NCBI GenBank assembly: GCA_905178155.1 | Contig: CAJINV010000001.1 | Location: forward strand, 3,215,675 to 3,279,674 | Direction of reading: 5' to 3' | From: Amoebophrya sp. A120 | Lineage: Eukaryota; Protista; Dinoflagellata | DNA length: 64,000 nucleotides | Part shown: piece after piece, positions 60,601-64,000 of the stretch | How positions within the stretch are numbered: the stretch's first letter is position 1 | Layout of the letters: each line of letters begins with the position of its first letter | Made by a program: the position numbers and the translations under genes | The notes under the pieces: model-generated | Told to the model about the DNA's origin: nothing | Databases searched by the model: none | The model's input: the letters and a program-made list of their open reading frames with translations, nothing else

Positions 60601-62606
60601 TCCCGAGGAAGCCGCACTAGCCGCGTTGTTCCCGCCGGCGTAGTTGTTCCCAGCATGATCCGGCTGAAGATCCACTGCAGATGATGCCACGCTCCCTTGG
60701 CTCGAGTAGCTCAAGTATGTCTCGGTCCGTTGCAAATTGTGGGCCGCAGCGCTAGGATTTCCGTGTGAAACTGAAACTTGAGTTTGTTGGTAACCATGAG
60801 ACGTAGATGGAAAATTTTGCTCAGCGGCGCACTGGTTGATGTGGAGCGTTGCATCTTGCTGGATGTGATGCTGCACATTATTCCTCGCTCGGTTTATTTC
60901 ATACGTTTGGTCGTGTTCATCTCGTTGTAGTTCTACCCCTGTTCTGTTGTATTGATATTCGGCTCCATGCTGGGATGTTGAATTCTCTACTGTATCAACC
61001 TCCATAGTCGCACCATGATCAACAGCTTCTTGTTGTTCCGGTGTACAAATAGAAGTATGATTTTCCTCCTGCCCCACCACGCTGCTCCCCGGGCTGGGCC
61101 ACCCTGCGCTGTGGAGGTCTCTAGGGGTGGACAGGTGCGTGGAATCCACATCCCGAATAGTACTCTATTGTGAGGAAAAATCCCCCCTCCCCATACCAAA
61201 CCGGGATACTTCTGAAAATTTGTGATGCTGATTTGAGACCACAAATCGTCGCTGTATTGCATGAAGGCAAATCTACAGGCTCCGCCACATTCTATAGGCG
61301 GTTTGTCATGCTGTTGCTCCTACAGCGTAGACGTCTGTCTAGCTAATCGCCTAGGCCAAAACCTGTCTACTGAGGCTTGATATGGGCCTGCAGTCCTCGC
61401 CAGCACGACAAATCTGATTCGTGTACACAAATCCAGCATCAGAAACATCGTTTTGATATGGGGAGGGGGGATTTTTCCTTACGATATACTCGCGTCGCTC
61501 TTTATTGTACTTCCGTAGCTTATTGATGTCCCGGTGGTCGCAGCTGGTGCTATATGTCGGATTTCTATTTGCTCACGAGGTTGAGCTCCTGGGTCTAAAC
61601 AAGCCGTATTTCGATCGTGACCTGTTTGTTGTACTCCTACAGGTTGCCGCTCGATCACCGCCTTGTTGTCATAATCGACGTCTACGAGGTCCTCCACAAT
61701 CGCAGCCTGCTGGTCGTTTATTCCCTCCAAAACCTCCTCTGCGTCTTCGCAACACATGGAGTCTTCGTCCGGCGTCGTCGGTCCAGCCGGCGGCTGCGAT
61801 TGCATTTGCATCTCCAAAGGAGGCTTCTCATGATCATCCATCTCACAATTTCGTATTTCCGGTTCTTGTGGCCAATGTGGTCGCTCCTCCTCCCAGCCAC
61901 CAGCGTTACTGCTGGACGAAACCGTGGCGCGGGAGTCTCGCGTTGAACTGGAGGCGGTGCTCCACACGGAATCAGGCATGGGACGGGTGTAGGAACAATA
62001 AGTGCCTGGACGAGCGGTTTTTGAAGATGCCGTGTGGGGGACCACAGTGGTGCCGGATCTTGACGAAGACGCGGAGGCAGACGAAACGGTCTGCGGATGC
62101 CTCTCACTGTATCCAGCTTGGCGGAGAGTAGGATTCTCCTCCGCACCATTCGCGCCAACGTTTTGGTGATCCCTGGTGTAGTTCTTCGGTTGTTTGCCAC
62201 TAGACCCCAGCGTGGGCGTCGCTGGAGAAGCCATGCTGGTGTCCCGGCACGAAGGCTGGCTCTTGTTGCCCTGATCTGCTGTCATGTTTGACGAATGGTC
62301 CAGGTTGTTCATCCGGCTTTGTACTGGCAGCCCAGCTGGTATGGAAAAAGAGGATGTTGCTTCTTGTCCGAGAGTAGCTTGTCCACACTCGTCGCCGCCG
62401 AGAGTCGCAGTTGTCGCTGAGGCACTGCCCGAGGCGTCCGCAATAACCGGATGCGAATTTTTGCTGAAATTATCGTGCTCCTGTTCCTGCGGCCGCACTT
62501 CGCTCGTTGAATGTCCGTCTCTTGTCGTATGCTCCTGCTTTCGTTCTTTCGAGTTCGCGCGCCACTTTTTCCACGAGGAGTCGTCTGACAGAACGTCAGT
62601 CCACAT
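57675..62606 (-). CDS. SET-domain (SMYD-like) lysine methyltransferase with long low-complexity N-terminus
   Basis: KGRCLFTAKPFAAGQPIFAEPP; WRYNSF...GLVLYNRISMIAHGCDPNC; ELTISYL; WKFFCKCDRC. Three introners and three GT-AG introns. Confidence 0.85.
59104..59366. mobile_element. TIR introner, family A (263 bp), TSD CTTCC, inside SET domain
   Basis: Perfect 30-bp TIR tatcaaatgtaaaaatgtctgggtctggaa. CTTCC at 59099-59103 and 59367-59371. Confidence 0.93.
59429..59733. mobile_element. TIR introner, family C (305 bp), TSD GCTTC
   Basis: tattacagtgaagaatgcccccaccccc ... gggggtgggggcatttttcattgtaata. Removal gives LTEK|LFSTLVGAWRYNSF. Confidence 0.92.
61166..61486. mobile_element. TIR introner, family B (321 bp), TSD TACTC
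   Basis: tattgtgaggaaaaatcccccctccccata ... tatggggaggggggatttttccttacgata. Removal gives SDAS|TIRDVDST. Confidence 0.92.
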
Positions 62607-63327
62607 GGCTCATGAATCTAGCGGTAGTAGAAAAACGCTGATGTGTAAGACTTTGCATAAGTTTTGCAAAAACACTGTGGTCTACTACTAACTCCATTTT
62701 CAACAGTAGTACTTGGACGAATAAACTGCGAAACCAAGTCACTGCGTTGAGTGCGTCTCTTCCTTAGTCGGACAAGCGAAAAAAATGATGTTTACTGAGA
62801 CTGACTATCTAAATCCAAAAAAAAAACAGCCGCCATGATGAACGCAGAATTGGATGACTGCTTGCAAATACCGCCAAATGTGAACCTTTCTCAGAGATGA
62901 AGAGGAAGATCTTCAATTTCGCATTAAAACTCTCAAAAAGGAAAAGCGCTAGAGTGATCTGACGGGTAAAATTATACGAGCATTTCACATTTGTATCGGT
63001 AGGCTTCTTCGATTTTGCGTGTAAGCGCTCGCGATTGAACTATGAACTTCATGTACGATCGCAGAAACTTTTCAGAACCAGGATAAAGGTTGAATTCCAA
63101 AGGAGCGCCGAATTTATCGAGCACTGTGAAGATTTGTACTTACTTCACGAAGAAGGCAGTCCGAGTGTACTAGTCTGTGGCCGTGCTTCATGTTCGAGTC
63201 GAAAAGAAGAACGAACTGTTGTTCATCCAGGTGGAAAATAAACATCGTGTGGCAGCAGTGCCTCTGTAGAGAAGAGTCTCATGTCATCTCGTCCTCACTT
63301 CCTCCTACCCGGCGCATCAATGGCTTC

Positions 63328-64000
63328 TCAATAGTTCTGCGCAAATTTGATGGGCAGGGCGGCCGCGGAGTTCTGCTGGCGCGGGCAGAAGGGGCACTTG
63401 AAGGAGGCGCGCGCGTTTCTGCTCAGACGGTCCACGCACTCCCTGGACAGGACGTGGCCGCACGCGAGGAGGTAGGGAGTTCTGGTCAGCGAACGGTTGA
63501 CCGCTATCCAAGAAAAAAACTGTGTTAGTGTAAGTATCATTGGCTGACAGCATCACAAATTTGCTCTACATGACAGAGAAAACCTGTCATGCGTGGCTTG
63601 TAAGGGAAAACACACATGAAAAGAGAACTTCGTGGCTGTCTGGCATGACAGGTGTAAATCTGTTGCGTGTTCTGCATTACAGATTTACACTTACACAGTT
63701 TTTCTCTTGCATAACCGGACAAACGAAGTTGCTGGCGTAGGCGAATTCCGGAGGCGAATCCAGGGTGACCGGCAGCGTGTCGCCGACAACGGCCGTGGTC
63801 AGCGACCAGTTGCCCGTGGAGAGACCCTTGTCCTGGTCCACGCACCACTGGTGGTACTCCAGAATCTTCGGCAGGGCCTGCTGGCCCGCGTCCAGAATGA
63901 CCGACAGCAGCGATTTCTGCGACATCTGCTGCATCCGCAGATGGGGTCTGCTCACCAGCATCAGGTAGTGACTGCTCGGGTTCTATAGCAGTGCACAACT
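63328..64000 (-). CDS. RMND5: RMND5/Gid2-like CTLH-complex RING E3 ligase, 3' part (5' end outside window)
   Basis: LDAGQQALPKI...LPVTLD...YASNFVCP|VNRSLTRTPYLLACGHVLSRECVDRL...FKCPFCP. Confidence 0.75.
63505..63713. mobile_element. TIR introner, family D (209 bp), imperfect TSD ACCGC/ACCGG, inside RING
   Basis: tatccaagaaaaaaactgtgttagtgtaa ... ttacacttacacagtttttctcttgcata. Internal sequence is an inverted homologue of 29525-29735. Confidence 0.88.

Overview
Eukaryotic, intron-rich genomic DNA with about 18 protein-coding genes, all on the minus strand. Several features match what I recall for the parasitic dinoflagellate Amoebophrya (Syndiniales): a unidirectional gene array, long low-complexity S/T/Q inserts, and non-canonical introns bounded by inverted and direct repeats. 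The organism is an inference. The main feature is 11 MITE-like 'introner' insertions of 175-322 bp inside coding exons. Each is bounded by TAT-N7-A-run terminal inverted repeats (TIRs) and a 5-bp target-site duplication (TSD). Removing the element plus one TSD restores the reading frame in every case, almost always without GT-AG ends. There is also a twelfth, atypical TIR intron. Other notable items: a 1.7-kb non-autonomous split-direct-repeat (PAT/Ngaro/TOC1-type) element, a single-chain LCB2-LCB1 serine palmitoyltransferase, two tandem paralogues with a hugely stretched RING-H2, a GBP-family GTPase with apparent type-I membrane topology, and a 644-nt hairpin-array intron. Gene models were joined by eye, and exact splice sites need RNA-seq.
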